24,000 bases of DNA from Bacteroidota bacterium (GCA_039821145.1 JBCBOS010000031.1:74103-98102); one strand, 5' to 3'. Numbered from the stretch's first letter, positions 8,966 through 18,310 are shown. A program made the numbers and translations. The notes: generated by a model from the letters alone, not told the origin.

Positions 8966-9736
8966 TTAGTAAAAAATCTCTTCGCCACTTTCGCCGATGT
9001 AGAAAGGCAAGCTCCACCCGATCTTGATGGCGTAGAGCAAATCGAGGCGTTTGGCGGTATCCGCTGTTCGAGTATCAAAATTGAAACTGCGCCGATTTTG
9101 GGTGAATCCTTGGGTGAATTCAAAGCCGAGGTAAAAGTTGATCAGTCGGTTGCTGCTGAGCAATTGGTAGCCGACAAACTGCTGGAAGGCCAACCCATTG
9201 GTGAGCCGATCGTAGCCCTTTTTGTAGGTCTCATCGAGAGATGGGACAAAGGACTCCGGGTCGTCCTGGATGCGAATCTTGTGCTGCAACAAGCCCATGC
9301 CCACACCGAGGCGAAGACCGGACCGATTGCTATTGGGATCGAGATTGATCAGCTTGGCGACGTGGGCTCCGGCGTAAAACCCTCGTTGGCGAAGGACGAT
9401 GGCGGCAAAAGAACGGGTATTGCCCACGATGAGCCCATCCGGCGTTCGCAAATTGGCAATGACATCCTCCCGCACAAAGCGACCGAAGTGAAATTGATAA
9501 TCCACGCCAAAAATCCAATTGTTTTTGGTAATCCACTCCGGTGCCAGCCCCACGCTGAGGTTTCTGTCGAAGCGCTTGGCCATATCTGCACCGGGCCATG
9601 ACACCCCGCCAGTAATGGTTGCCAAGAGTACGGGATGGTCATTGTCGTAAACTCTTTGTTCCTGGGCAGTACACCAGCAGGACAGCCCCAGACAAAAAAC
9701 CACCAAAAAAAACAAGCGATCAAGCGATTTCACCAC
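8966..9736 (-). CDS. hypothetical secreted protein, likely outer-membrane beta-barrel, GTG start
   Basis: N-terminal signal peptide (LFFLVVFCLGLSCWCTAQ), alternating aromatic/glycine strands (WIFGVDYQFHFGRFV, LGVGMGLLQHKI, FYLGFEFTQGF). Stop lies 3 bp before the waaA start. Confidence 0.65.
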   Translation of the reverse strand: MVKSLDRLFFLVVFCLGLSCWCTAQEQRVYDNDHPVLLATITGGVSWPGADMAKRFDRNLSVGLAPEWITKNNWIFGVDYQFHFGRFVREDVIANLRTPDGLIVGNTRSFAAIVLRQRGFYAGAHVAKLINLDPNSNRSGLRLGVGMGLLQHKIRIQDDPESFVPSLDETYKKGYDRLTNGLAFQQFVGYQLLSSNRLINFYLGFEFTQGFTQNRRSFNFDTRTADTAKRLDLLYAIKIGWSLPFYIGESGEEIFY

Positions 9737-10039
9737 AATCTTTTTATTTTGTGCTCAGAAACAATGTCACTTCCTACAAGTCAGAAAGAACCTGTCTGTA
9801 TTTGTAACGATTCAAACGAGCAAATAGCCGCCAACCAACCAAATGTTCATCTAGTAGAAGGTTTCTGTCCAATTGCCCGGCTGGTAAAGGTAGGAAAGAA
9901 TGGCCAGCCAAGCGGGCCGAATCTGATCAAAAATCAGGTTTCCGAAGGACATTCCCCCCAAATTGTATCTGCAGTGGGTGGAACATTGACCGAAAATGAT
10001 CCGTAAAACATACAAATTCACAAATCATCTGACCAAGCA

Positions 10040-10996
10040 ATGAAAAGAATACTCATCACAGGCGCAGCCGGATTCCTGGGTTCCCACCTCTGCGACCGGT
10101 TCATCAAGGAAGGATTTCACGTCATCGGTATGGACAATTTGCTGACGGGCAATCTGGGAAATATTGAGCACTTGTTTCCGCTGAGCGAATTCGAGTTCTA
10201 CTTCCACGACGTCACCAAATTCGTTCACGTCCCAGGTGAGTTGGATTACATCCTGCACTTCGCCTCTCCGGCCAGCCCCATCGACTATCTTCAAATGCCG
10301 ATACAGACCATGAAGGTCGGTGCATTGGGCACCCACAACCTGCTGGGTCTCGCCAAGGAGAAAAAGGCGCGCATCCTGGTGGCCTCTACCTCTGAGGTCT
10401 ATGGCGATCCCCTGATCCACCCACAAGTAGAATCTTACTGGGGCAATGTGAACCCCATCGGTCCTCGTGGTGTATACGATGAGGCCAAGCGGTTTTTGGA
10501 AGCCATCACCATGGCCTACCACACCTACCACGGTTTGGAAACGCGCATCATTCGCATTTTCAACACCTATGGTCCCAGAATGCGGGTCAATGACGGACGG
10601 GTACTGCCTGCCTTCTTTTCCCAAGCCATCCGAGGCGAGGGCCTGACAGTTTTTGGCGATGGATCTCAAACCCGATCTTTCTGTTATGTCGACGATCTGG
10701 TGGAAGGCATCTACCGCTTGCTGATGAGCAACTGCACAGAGCCTGTCAACATCGGAAACCCCGCCGAAATCACCATCAAGGAGTTTGCGGAAGAAATTCT
10801 CGAACTGGTGGGCAATCCAGATGCCAAGATCATTTACAAGCCGCTGCCGCAGGACGATCCGAAAAAACGTCGGCCCAACATCGAAAAGGCCAAAGAAGTA
10901 CTCGGCTGGGAGCCTCGTGTCGATCGTTCAGAGGGCTTGCGCAAGACTTTTGAATACTTCAAAAAAGTGGTTACCCCTGTGGAGGTCAACCAATAA
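10040..10996 (+). CDS. UDP-glucuronate decarboxylase (UDP-xylose synthase)-type SDR enzyme
   Basis: 318 aa; [112 protein letters not shown]. Confidence 0.9.
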   Translation: MKRILITGAAGFLGSHLCDRFIKEGFHVIGMDNLLTGNLGNIEHLFPLSEFEFYFHDVTKFVHVPGELDYILHFASPASPIDYLQMPIQTMKVGALGTHNLLGLAKEKKARILVASTSEVYGDPLIHPQVESYWGNVNPIGPRGVYDEAKRFLEAITMAYHTYHGLETRIIRIFNTYGPRMRVNDGRVLPAFFSQAIRGEGLTVFGDGSQTRSFCYVDDLVEGIYRLLMSNCTEPVNIGNPAEITIKEFAEEILELVGNPDAKIIYKPLPQDDPKKRRPNIEKAKEVLGWEPRVDRSEGLRKTFEYFKKVVTPVEVNQ

Positions 10997-11009
10997 CAAC
11001 ATTCATCTC

Positions 11010-12065
11010 ATGACAAACCATCATTGCATATTGGTCACCGGAGGGGCTGGATTCATCGGCTCGCATGTCGTTCGGCTCCTCGTTCAAAAATACCCTGACT
11101 ACCGAATCGTCAATCTCGACAAGCTCACCTATGCAGGCAATTTGGGCAACCTCTCTGACATTGAGGAAAGTCCCAACTACACCTTCGTAAAGGGCGACAT
11201 CGTCGATGCAGATTTTTTGCAAAAGCTCTTTTCCGACTTTTCTTTTGACGGCATCATCCACTTGGCGGCAGAGTCTCATGTCGATCGGTCGATCAGCGAC
11301 CCGATGAGTTTCATCAACACCAACATCGTCGGGACGGTCAACTTGCTCAATGCGGCCCGCCAAAGTTGGGGGGACTCCTGGGAAGGCAAGCGTTTTTACC
11401 ACGTCTCCACCGACGAGGTCTACGGTACGTTGGGAGAAACTGGTTTGTTTACAGAAGAAACAGCCTACGATCCTCGTTCGCCCTACTCGGCTTCTAAGGC
11501 CAGCTCCGATCACCTGGTTCGTGCCTACCACCATACCTATGGCATGCCGATCGTGTTGTCCAACTGCTCGAACAACTACGGGCCCAACCAGTTTCCGGAA
11601 AAGCTCATTCCCCTTTTCATCAACAACATCAAGAACAACAAATCACTGCCTGTTTATGGCGATGGAAAGTACACCCGCGACTGGTTGTACGTCATCGATC
11701 ACGCCATGGCCATTGATCAGATTTACCACCAAGGCAAAAATGGGGAGACCTACAACATCGGTGGCAACAACGAATGGAAAAACATCGATTTGATCCACCT
11801 GCTGATTCGCCTTGTCGATGCGCAATTGGGACGGCCAGAAGGCAGCTCCAAGGAGTTGATCACTTTTGTGAGAGACAGACCGGGGCACGACCGCCGCTAC
11901 GCCATCGACGCGAGCAAATTGATGAATGAATTGGGATGGTCTCCCAGTGTGACGGCCGAGGAAGGCATGCAACGCACTGTGGAATGGTACCTCGCCAACA
12001 TGGACTGGATGGAAAACATCACCTCCGGAGATTACCAGAAATACTACGAACAACAATACGGCTAG
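11010..12065 (+). CDS. rfbB: dTDP-glucose 4,6-dehydratase
   Basis: 351 aa from ATG at 11010: ILVTGGAGFIGSHVVRLL, HLAAESHVDRSI, HVSTDEVYGTLG, PYSASKASSDHLVRAYHHTYGMP, NCSNNYGPNQFPEKLIPLFI, VRDRPGHDRRYAIDASKL. Confidence 0.95.
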   Translation: MTNHHCILVTGGAGFIGSHVVRLLVQKYPDYRIVNLDKLTYAGNLGNLSDIEESPNYTFVKGDIVDADFLQKLFSDFSFDGIIHLAAESHVDRSISDPMSFINTNIVGTVNLLNAARQSWGDSWEGKRFYHVSTDEVYGTLGETGLFTEETAYDPRSPYSASKASSDHLVRAYHHTYGMPIVLSNCSNNYGPNQFPEKLIPLFINNIKNNKSLPVYGDGKYTRDWLYVIDHAMAIDQIYHQGKNGETYNIGGNNEWKNIDLIHLLIRLVDAQLGRPEGSSKELITFVRDRPGHDRRYAIDASKLMNELGWSPSVTAEEGMQRTVEWYLANMDWMENITSGDYQKYYEQQYG

Positions 12066-12087
12066 TCAGAACACAAGGAACCCACAC

Positions 12088-12123
12088 AAAAGGGCTTTGA
12101 TCCATGCGGATGAAAGCCCTTTT
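12088..12123. terminator. bidirectional terminator-like hairpin between convergent genes
   Basis: AAAAGGGCTTTGATCC atgc GGATGAAAGCCCTTTT: 16-position stem with one mismatch and flanking A/T runs on both sides. Confidence 0.85.
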
Positions 12124-12161
12124 GCATTTCATCAAGTCAGTTTGTGTCCTGACCAAGTCGA

Positions 12162-12611
12162 TCAATACTCGTACAATTGTCTTTTGTCCCATCCGTCGAT
12201 GCTCAAAGACATAGAAGATTCATTGTCCACTTGGAGAGGGGTCAGATCGAAAAGCAGATCGAGGACGAGTGCCCCCTCACAGGGGTCGTTGTCGTCCAGG
12301 CTCAAGCGCAACTGTCGCGTGATGGGATCGGACTCTCCGATGCCTTCAGAGTCGAACAGCTCAAAAATCACACCGCCGCAACCGCCACTGTAGTTGGCCC
12401 TTATGCTGAGGCAATCCCCATCGATGCTGACGTCTTCGATGGTAAAGGGATCACTAGGGCCATTGTCAAATTGTTCTTTGTCCAGCATGACGAGCCTTCC
12501 TCCTTCGCAAAGGTCAGAATTGCCCATGTCGTCATCGTCTTTGTCGCAAGCAGTCGCCAGGCACAGCAAAAGTGCCAGACATAGAAATGGAATTTGTTTC
12601 AGGGATTTCAT
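12162..12611 (-). CDS. hypothetical lipoprotein
   Basis: MKSLKQIPFLCLALLLCLATACDKDDDD lipoprotein signal; no recognised family. Confidence 0.7.
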   Translation of the reverse strand: MKSLKQIPFLCLALLLCLATACDKDDDDMGNSDLCEGGRLVMLDKEQFDNGPSDPFTIEDVSIDGDCLSIRANYSGGCGGVIFELFDSEGIGESDPITRQLRLSLDDNDPCEGALVLDLLFDLTPLQVDNESSMSLSIDGWDKRQLYEY

Positions 12612-12683
12612 ATAGGTAAATTTTGTAGGATTCTCTTTACCTATAAAGACAGGATCAAAGGGCGGAAGGTTGGGTGGGGTAAA

Positions 12684-13298
12684 TTACTTTTTTTCCCATT
12701 TGCGAATCTCCCTTTGGGCGTATTGGTCGTTGCGCCAGCCGATGAACTGGGTTTCTCCCATGCCCTTGTAGTTCAAAAACCAATCGCGGACGATGGTCAT
12801 GGCCGGATTGTATTGAATCATAAATGGCTCGAACTGCTGGGCATCGATGACCTGCAGGCTGGAGTCTACGGGTACGGCAATGATCTTGGTATCGGTTTCT
12901 CCATCGTCTTCGAGCAAGAGCGTGGCAATGGGTTTGACTTCGAGTACGGTGCCTGTGGGAACACTTTCTGCAATGACCAGTACATCCAAGGCGTCGCCAT
13001 CACCACCACGGGCAGGGTCCATGTAAGTGGAGGGGATGAAGCCATAATTGCCGGGATAAGGCAAAAAATCTATGATGCGAATCTGCCCTTTCTCAGTGTC
13101 GTTTTCAAAAACAGCTTTGCTTTCGTTGTACTCTATTTTGTGGTTGGTCCCGGCTGGGATTTCGATGACAGCGTGGAATCCTTTCTCTGTGAATGCAGGC
13201 AGTTGTTTGTAGTCGACAGCAGAATCTGAGGGGCCACAAGCTGTCAAAAGGCCAATCAAGCAACAACTGAAGAGAACAAAAAGGCGGTGGGCAGACAT
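12684..13298 (-). CDS. family I inorganic pyrophosphatase with a lipoprotein signal peptide
   Basis: From MSAHRLFVLFSCCLIGLLTACGPS (lipobox); catalytic-type segments KGFHAVIEIPAGTNHKIEY, FLPYPGNYGFIPSTYMDPARGGDGDALDVLVIAE, KPIATLLLEDDGETDTKIIAVP. Confidence 0.85.
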   Translation of the reverse strand: MSAHRLFVLFSCCLIGLLTACGPSDSAVDYKQLPAFTEKGFHAVIEIPAGTNHKIEYNESKAVFENDTEKGQIRIIDFLPYPGNYGFIPSTYMDPARGGDGDALDVLVIAESVPTGTVLEVKPIATLLLEDDGETDTKIIAVPVDSSLQVIDAQQFEPFMIQYNPAMTIVRDWFLNYKGMGETQFIGWRNDQYAQREIRKWEKK

Positions 13299-13554
13299 AA
13301 GCAAGCGGTTTCCAGTGCGGTTGTGGATGCGGACAAAGGTAGTGAAAAAATGGACCAATCCCGGTTCTGCCCCCTTTTTTGGACTTTTGGCATCGACAGA
13401 GGTACGAAAGTGAGGCAATTGTCCATCTGAAAACACAATCATTGAAAAAAAATACTTTTCTTGTGGTCCCATCTATACATCATCGCTTTCAGAACACTGC
13501 CACTGTATGTACACAAGTGGAGCAAATCTTTATTGAATCAATCACAACAGAACC

Positions 13555-13893
13555 ATGACAGAGAACAATTATTTCGACCCAAACGATTTGAAAAAATTTG
13601 GCAACATCACCGAATTCCAAGAAGAATACGGCAAAAAATTCTTCCAGTGGTACGGATCCGTTTTTGAAGAAGGGGCCCTGACCACTCGCGAAAAATCTTT
13701 GATTGCGCTGGCCGTTGCCCATGCCCTGCAGTGCCCCTATTGCATCGATGCCTATTCCAAGGATTGCCTGACCAAGGGAGCGGACGAAGAGCAGATGATG
13801 GAAGCAGTTCACGTAGCGGCTGCCATACGCGGAGGGACGACCCTGGTGTATGGGGTTCAAATGATGGAACATGTGAAAAAAGTGTCCATGTAA
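13555..13893 (+). CDS. AhpD/carboxymuconolactone decarboxylase-like protein, arsenosugar-biosynthesis-associated type
   Basis: 112 aa; FGNITEFQEEYGKKFFQWYGSVFEEGALTTREKSLIALAVAHALQCPYCIDAYSKDCLTKGADEEQMMEAVHVAAAIRGG contains the CPYC-type active site; immediately precedes the ArsS-like gene. Confidence 0.82.
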   Translation: MTENNYFDPNDLKKFGNITEFQEEYGKKFFQWYGSVFEEGALTTREKSLIALAVAHALQCPYCIDAYSKDCLTKGADEEQMMEAVHVAAAIRGGTTLVYGVQMMEHVKKVSM

Positions 13894-14035
13894 CATCGGC
13901 GCATCCCAATCGTCAACTGTGCTTTTGCCATTGTCCAAAGTGCACCCAATGATTCGACGATGGTAACCTTTTGCGTTTGCCAACTGTTGTGCAGTCAAAT
14001 CTTTGTCTAGAAACCAGGTTTTAAAAAAATTACTC

Positions 14036-15106
14036 ATGGGAGTCAAACAACGCACCAAATCACTCAAGGCAAGAGCCAGTGAATTGTCAGATACTTTCGT
14101 CCAGCTCAACGTCTTGAGTGGCAAGGACATGGCCGATGCCCAATTTCCTCTTTTTGCCCAAAATCTGGCTTCGTCGGGTCATCATCAGCTGACACCCGTC
14201 CCGGTAGAGATCTTCCAAATCAACATCGGCAAGCTCTGCAATCTGTCCTGTGCCCACTGCCATGTGGATGCCGGGCCAGATCGCAAGGAGGAAAACATGG
14301 ACAAAGCCACGCTCGATCGCTGTCTGGAAATCATCGCCCAAACGCCCAGCATTCACACCGTGGACATCACAGGTGGCGCACCGGAGATGAATCCGCACTT
14401 CCGCTGGTTTGTCGAAGAATGCACCCGACTGGGCAAGCGGGTCATCGACCGTTGCAATCTGACCATCATCATGGCCAATCCGAAGTTCCACGATCTGCCA
14501 GCATTTTTTGCCCGCCACAATGTACAAGTCGTCTCTTCCCTCCCCTATTTCAGCAAACGACGCACTGACGGACAAAGGGGCGACGGCGTATTCGAGGCAT
14601 CCATAGAGGCATTGAAAAAGTTGAATGCAGTGGGGTATGGTATGCACGACAGCAAGCTGGAACTGCACTTGGTCTACAATCCTTCTGGAGCCTTTTTGCC
14701 TGGCAACCAAGAGACGTTGGAAGCAGAATTCAAACGCCAATTGCTCCGACGCTACGACATCCACTTTCATCACCTCTTTGCAATTACCAACCTGCCCATT
14801 GCAAGATTTTTGGACTACCTCATCCAGAGCAACAACTACACCGCCTACATGCAAGCCCTCATCGATGCCTTCAACCCGGCAACAGTCAATGGTTTGATGT
14901 GCCGCAATACCATTTCGGTCAGCTGGGATGGCTACCTATACGACTGTGATTTCAACCAGATGCTCGATTTGAAGGTCGCCAGCCCCATTCAGCACATCAA
15001 CGATTTCGATGCCACACAACTGCAAAATCGCAACATCGTCATCAACCAACACTGTTATGGTTGTACAGCTGGTGCTGGTTCCAGTTGCGGGGGCGAAATT
15101 GCCTGA
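14036..15106 (+). CDS. arsS: radical SAM/SPASM protein, arsenosugar biosynthesis ArsS type
   Basis: INIGKLCNLSCAHCHVDAGPDRKEE (CxxxCxxC), VDITGGAPEMNPHFRWFV, PSGAFLPGNQETLEAEFKRQLLRRYDIHFHHLFAITNLPI, C-terminal CYGCTAGAGSSCGG. ATG at 14036 preferred over the TTG at 14003. Confidence 0.88.
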   Translation: MGVKQRTKSLKARASELSDTFVQLNVLSGKDMADAQFPLFAQNLASSGHHQLTPVPVEIFQINIGKLCNLSCAHCHVDAGPDRKEENMDKATLDRCLEIIAQTPSIHTVDITGGAPEMNPHFRWFVEECTRLGKRVIDRCNLTIIMANPKFHDLPAFFARHNVQVVSSLPYFSKRRTDGQRGDGVFEASIEALKKLNAVGYGMHDSKLELHLVYNPSGAFLPGNQETLEAEFKRQLLRRYDIHFHHLFAITNLPIARFLDYLIQSNNYTAYMQALIDAFNPATVNGLMCRNTISVSWDGYLYDCDFNQMLDLKVASPIQHINDFDATQLQNRNIVINQHCYGCTAGAGSSCGGEIA

Positions 15107-15327
15107 TTCCACTTCATTGACGTCCAATACCCATTTTATTTTTTTCGCAAACAGCATACTAATTCCATAACAACTTACATTTGCACATGAAGCTGTTTTA
15201 CTCATTCTCAGTCACTTGTGTGATTTACTTGACAGTCTGATCACAAAACGCTCATAACAAACCGCAAAAATTGTCATTTCTCCTTTTGTAGGCGAAAGGG
15301 ACTTTTACAGGAAGTGATACAACAAAT

Positions 15328-15355
15328 GGCAAGACAACGCTTGCCCCTTTCTTTT
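15328..15355 (+). promoter_or_regulatory. small hairpin followed by a T-rich stretch in the leader of the 15373 gene (possible attenuator/terminator)
   Basis: GGCAAG acaacg CTTGCC (15328-15333/15340-15345) then cctttctttt. Confidence 0.35.
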
Positions 15356-15372
15356 CCGTAAAGTCTTTTCTT

Positions 15373-16536
15373 ATGAAATTAACTGCGACACATCAGGCTA
15401 ATTTCCCAAAACCCGTTTTCGTTCTTTGCCTGCTGGCCCTCCTTTGCTTTGCCCATGCAAGCCATGGCCAAAACATCATCACCTTTCCCATTGGCAGCAC
15501 CAGCCCCACCCACAGCGATCCAGGCATCTCCTTCGTATCCAATCTGAGTCCAGGGCCAGGCATTACAGTGGTCAACTGCCCACCTTGGCTCTCCGCAACT
15601 GGTTGGAATTATTTGTTTGCCTCTGACGCCCTGCAGAATGGCCAATACTGGGAGTTTTACATCGATGTTGCCCAAGGCTATGAACTCAACATCAGCTCCA
15701 TAGAAGTGGTCAGCAGAGCCAGTGACACCACCTACAGCCGGGTGGCCGGCCAATGGTACCACGAAACAGAAAGTGCTCCTGGTACCTGGTTGGAAAGCAG
15801 TTATTCCAGCAGCATGCAGGGGGTCGGCAGAGATGACATCTGCTTGTTGGGGGCCAGAAGTAGAACCTTTCCCATCAGCATTAATACGGCAGGGCGAATC
15901 CGCTTGCGACTTGTCCACTTTCGAGCCAACCAAAACCAGACGAGATTCGGGGCCATCAACATCAGCGGCAGTTTGTTGCAAGTGCTTCCAGTAGAGTTGA
16001 TTCGGTTTGAAGCCAAAGCCCAAGACGATGACATCCAACTGGAATGGGAAACTGCTTCGGAAATCGAAAATGAGGGTTTTGAAGTCCAGCGGCTGGATGG
16101 CGACCTCAATTGGCAAATCATCGGTTGGGTGGATGGCCAGGGAAGTACCAATGAAGCTACGCGCTACCGTTTCCAAGACGACTTTCCACAAACTGGAGAC
16201 AACCTGTACCGACTCAAGCAAATCGACCACGACGGAAGCCATTCCTTTTCCAAAATTGTGCAAGCATCCCATCAGAAAGAACAGCCGATCATACAGGTCT
16301 TTCCCAACCCCAGTCAGGGCCCAGTGGAGGTACGATTGCGCAATCCCAACAAAGAGAAAATGTCCCTTCAGCTGTACGATGGCTTTGGCCGAATGGCTTG
16401 GCAGTCAGGGATTATGACAGAACTCGACAGTTGGAGGCGGGATTTTGATCTGCGACCAGGTTGCCAATACTTTCTCCTGATACAGATTGGCGCCTCTCAA
16501 TACCACAGACATCTACTGATCCAATCCACCGATTGA
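15373..16536 (+). CDS. secreted protein with T9SS type A C-terminal sorting domain
   Basis: Signal peptide VFVLCLLALLCFAHASHG; LPVELIRFEAKAQDDDIQLEWETASEIENEGFEVQR...YRLKQIDHDG spacer module and C-terminal IIQVFPNPSQGPVEVRLRN...QYFLLIQIGASQYHRHLLIQ. Confidence 0.88.
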   Translation: MKLTATHQANFPKPVFVLCLLALLCFAHASHGQNIITFPIGSTSPTHSDPGISFVSNLSPGPGITVVNCPPWLSATGWNYLFASDALQNGQYWEFYIDVAQGYELNISSIEVVSRASDTTYSRVAGQWYHETESAPGTWLESSYSSSMQGVGRDDICLLGARSRTFPISINTAGRIRLRLVHFRANQNQTRFGAINISGSLLQVLPVELIRFEAKAQDDDIQLEWETASEIENEGFEVQRLDGDLNWQIIGWVDGQGSTNEATRYRFQDDFPQTGDNLYRLKQIDHDGSHSFSKIVQASHQKEQPIIQVFPNPSQGPVEVRLRNPNKEKMSLQLYDGFGRMAWQSGIMTELDSWRRDFDLRPGCQYFLLIQIGASQYHRHLLIQSTD

Positions 16537-16538
16537 CA

Positions 16539-17381
16539 CTATTCCTTGGCCAGCCAGCCAAATGCATTGCGCGCCTTTTGGCTGTCGAGCGAAACATTGG
16601 CCGGACGGGCGGCGGGCATTGATACGTCCTTTTGCAAACTCGGTCGAATCAGTTCCGTAGGCAGGCTCTCCTCTTGGGCATGGTGGACAATGAAATCGTA
16701 GCGAGACATTGGCTGATCTCCTCCCAAGTGCCAAATGCCTGATGCTCCCAATTCCAACAAGGCCAACAAACCCTCAACAGCATCTCGGGCGTGAAGCGCC
16801 GTTCTGATTTCGTCGGTAAAGGCATAGACTTCCCGCCCTTCCCTCAAGGCTTTCAACCAATGGATGAGAAAGGAAGGGATGGATTCGTCTGTGCTGTACA
16901 TTAGCGGCATGCGGGCAACCGTGGCACGGGAATGAACTCCAAGGATTTGTTGCTCGGCCCGGGCCTTTTGCTGGCCGTATAAGTTGACAGGCCCTGTGGC
17001 ATCTTCCTCTGCATAAGGAGCTGAAGCCCCGTCAAAAACCAAGTCAGTGGAGGTAAAGACGAAGGGGATGTCCCGCTCTGCTGCCAGCTTCGCCAGGTGT
17101 ACACTCGCCTGCACATTGACCTTCTCTGACAAGTCGGGATGTTCTTCACAAAAATTGGGTTGGGCGCAGGCGGCCAGGTGCAGGATGGCATCGGGATGAA
17201 GCTTGTCCAGGAGGGCTCTGCTGGCTGTGGGATCGCTGATGTCGAGCTGGAAGCAGTCCATCGCCGAGGAAGACGGCTGGTGCTTGTGGTAGGTGCCCAG
17301 CAACTGCCAGTGGGGCGAATAAAGGCGAGCCAAGTGCTGGCCCAAAAATCCAGAAATGCCAGTGACGAGTAATTTTTTCAA
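16539..17381 (-). CDS. RmlD-like NAD(P)-dependent sugar-nucleotide reductase / SDR family
   Basis: KKLLVTGISGFLGQHLARLY, LHLAACAQPNFCEEHP, FTSTDLVFDGASAPYAEEDATGPVNLYGQQKARAEQ, GIWHLGGDQPMSRYDF. A TTG at 17381 gives a canonical short N-terminus; the ATG at 17429 is the alternative. Confidence 0.8.
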   Translation of the reverse strand: MKKLLVTGISGFLGQHLARLYSPHWQLLGTYHKHQPSSSAMDCFQLDISDPTASRALLDKLHPDAILHLAACAQPNFCEEHPDLSEKVNVQASVHLAKLAAERDIPFVFTSTDLVFDGASAPYAEEDATGPVNLYGQQKARAEQQILGVHSRATVARMPLMYSTDESIPSFLIHWLKALREGREVYAFTDEIRTALHARDAVEGLLALLELGASGIWHLGGDQPMSRYDFIVHHAQEESLPTELIRPSLQKDVSMPAARPANVSLDSQKARNAFGWLAKE

Positions 17382-17449
17382 AGCGCAACTTTTGTGGGCA
17401 ATATAGAAAGAAGGGAGCAGAAAGAGCATTTTTTTGTACCTTTCTGCCT

Positions 17450-18310
17450 ATGTCTAAAACCGCTCGCAACCACTTGGAAGACGTCATAGAATATTACGAC
17501 CGAACCCGCTTCGACTACCGGGTCGCCTGGGACGATTCTGAACATCCAGCAGTCCATTTTGGCTTTTATGACGAACAGGCCAGCAACCACAAAGATGCCT
17601 TGATGAATACCAACCGGGTACTGGCCGACCGGGTGAATGCACAGGCCGGAGAGCGTCTGCTCGACGCTGGATGTGGGCGTGGTGGCAGTTGTTTTTGGTT
17701 GGCAAAAAACAGGCAAGTTCGTCCGACGGGCATCACTCCCGTGGCCAGTCAGATCAAAGATTGTCAGGAACAGGCCCAGAAGTTGGGCTTGCAGGAACAA
17801 GTCAACTTTGTCCAAGCCGATTACTGCCAGACAGATTTTGCCGATGCCAGTTTTGACATTGTCTGGGCCTGCGAAAGCCTTTGTCATGCCCAGCAAAAAG
17901 GAGACTTTTACAGGGAAGCATTCCGCCTGCTGCGCCCCGGTGGCCGCCTGATCATCGCAGAGTACATTCGACAAAAACGCCCATTGGCTGCCCGAGAAGA
18001 ACAACTGCTCGCCGCCTGGCTCAACCGCTGGGCCATCCAAGACATCGACAGCCAAGACGAGCACCTTTCCCATGCCCAACAGGCGGGCTTTGCCAAGGTC
18101 GAGATGGAAAACGTCACGCCATTTACCCGCACCTCCTTGCGCAATCTACACCGCAATGCCAGCAACTGGCTGTGGCTGAGTCACTTGCTCCGCTGGACAG
18201 GCCTGCGCTCCAAAGTACAACACGCCAACATGCTGGGGTCCATTCGACAGTACGAAGCCTTGGAACACGATCTTTGGTTTTATGCCATCCTCACAGCGGT
18301 CAAGCCTTGA
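17450..18310 (+). CDS. class I SAM-dependent methyltransferase (sterol/tocopherol methyltransferase-like)
   Basis: VHFGFYDEQASNHKDALMNTNRVLADRVNAQAGERLLDAGCGRGGSCFWLA (motif I), DIVWACESLCHAQQKGDFYREAFRLLRPGGRLIIAEY. Confidence 0.82.
   Translation: MSKTARNHLEDVIEYYDRTRFDYRVAWDDSEHPAVHFGFYDEQASNHKDALMNTNRVLADRVNAQAGERLLDAGCGRGGSCFWLAKNRQVRPTGITPVASQIKDCQEQAQKLGLQEQVNFVQADYCQTDFADASFDIVWACESLCHAQQKGDFYREAFRLLRPGGRLIIAEYIRQKRPLAAREEQLLAAWLNRWAIQDIDSQDEHLSHAQQAGFAKVEMENVTPFTRTSLRNLHRNASNWLWLSHLLRWTGLRSKVQHANMLGSIRQYEALEHDLWFYAILTAVKP

Noticed and set aside
8558-9601. 347-aa plus-strand ORF across waaA and its upstream gene
   Set aside because: Overlaps two convincing minus-strand genes antisense; no family signature.
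9635-10006. 123-aa plus-strand ORF in the gap before the UDP-glucuronate decarboxylase gene
   Set aside because: Overlaps the GTG start region of the minus-strand beta-barrel gene, with no recognisable domain or leader; treated as noncoding without further evidence.
11010-12065. Upstream-extended ORF starting at 10785
   Set aside because: The extension overlaps the preceding decarboxylase gene out of frame; the conserved protein begins at ATG 11010 (MTNHHCILVTGGAGF).
14003-14035. TTG start for arsS at 14003
   Set aside because: An ATG at 14036 gives a typical N-terminus; the extra 11 residues look like leader-derived sequence.
15379-16272. 297-aa minus-strand ORF
   Set aside because: Antisense to the T9SS protein gene; no signature.
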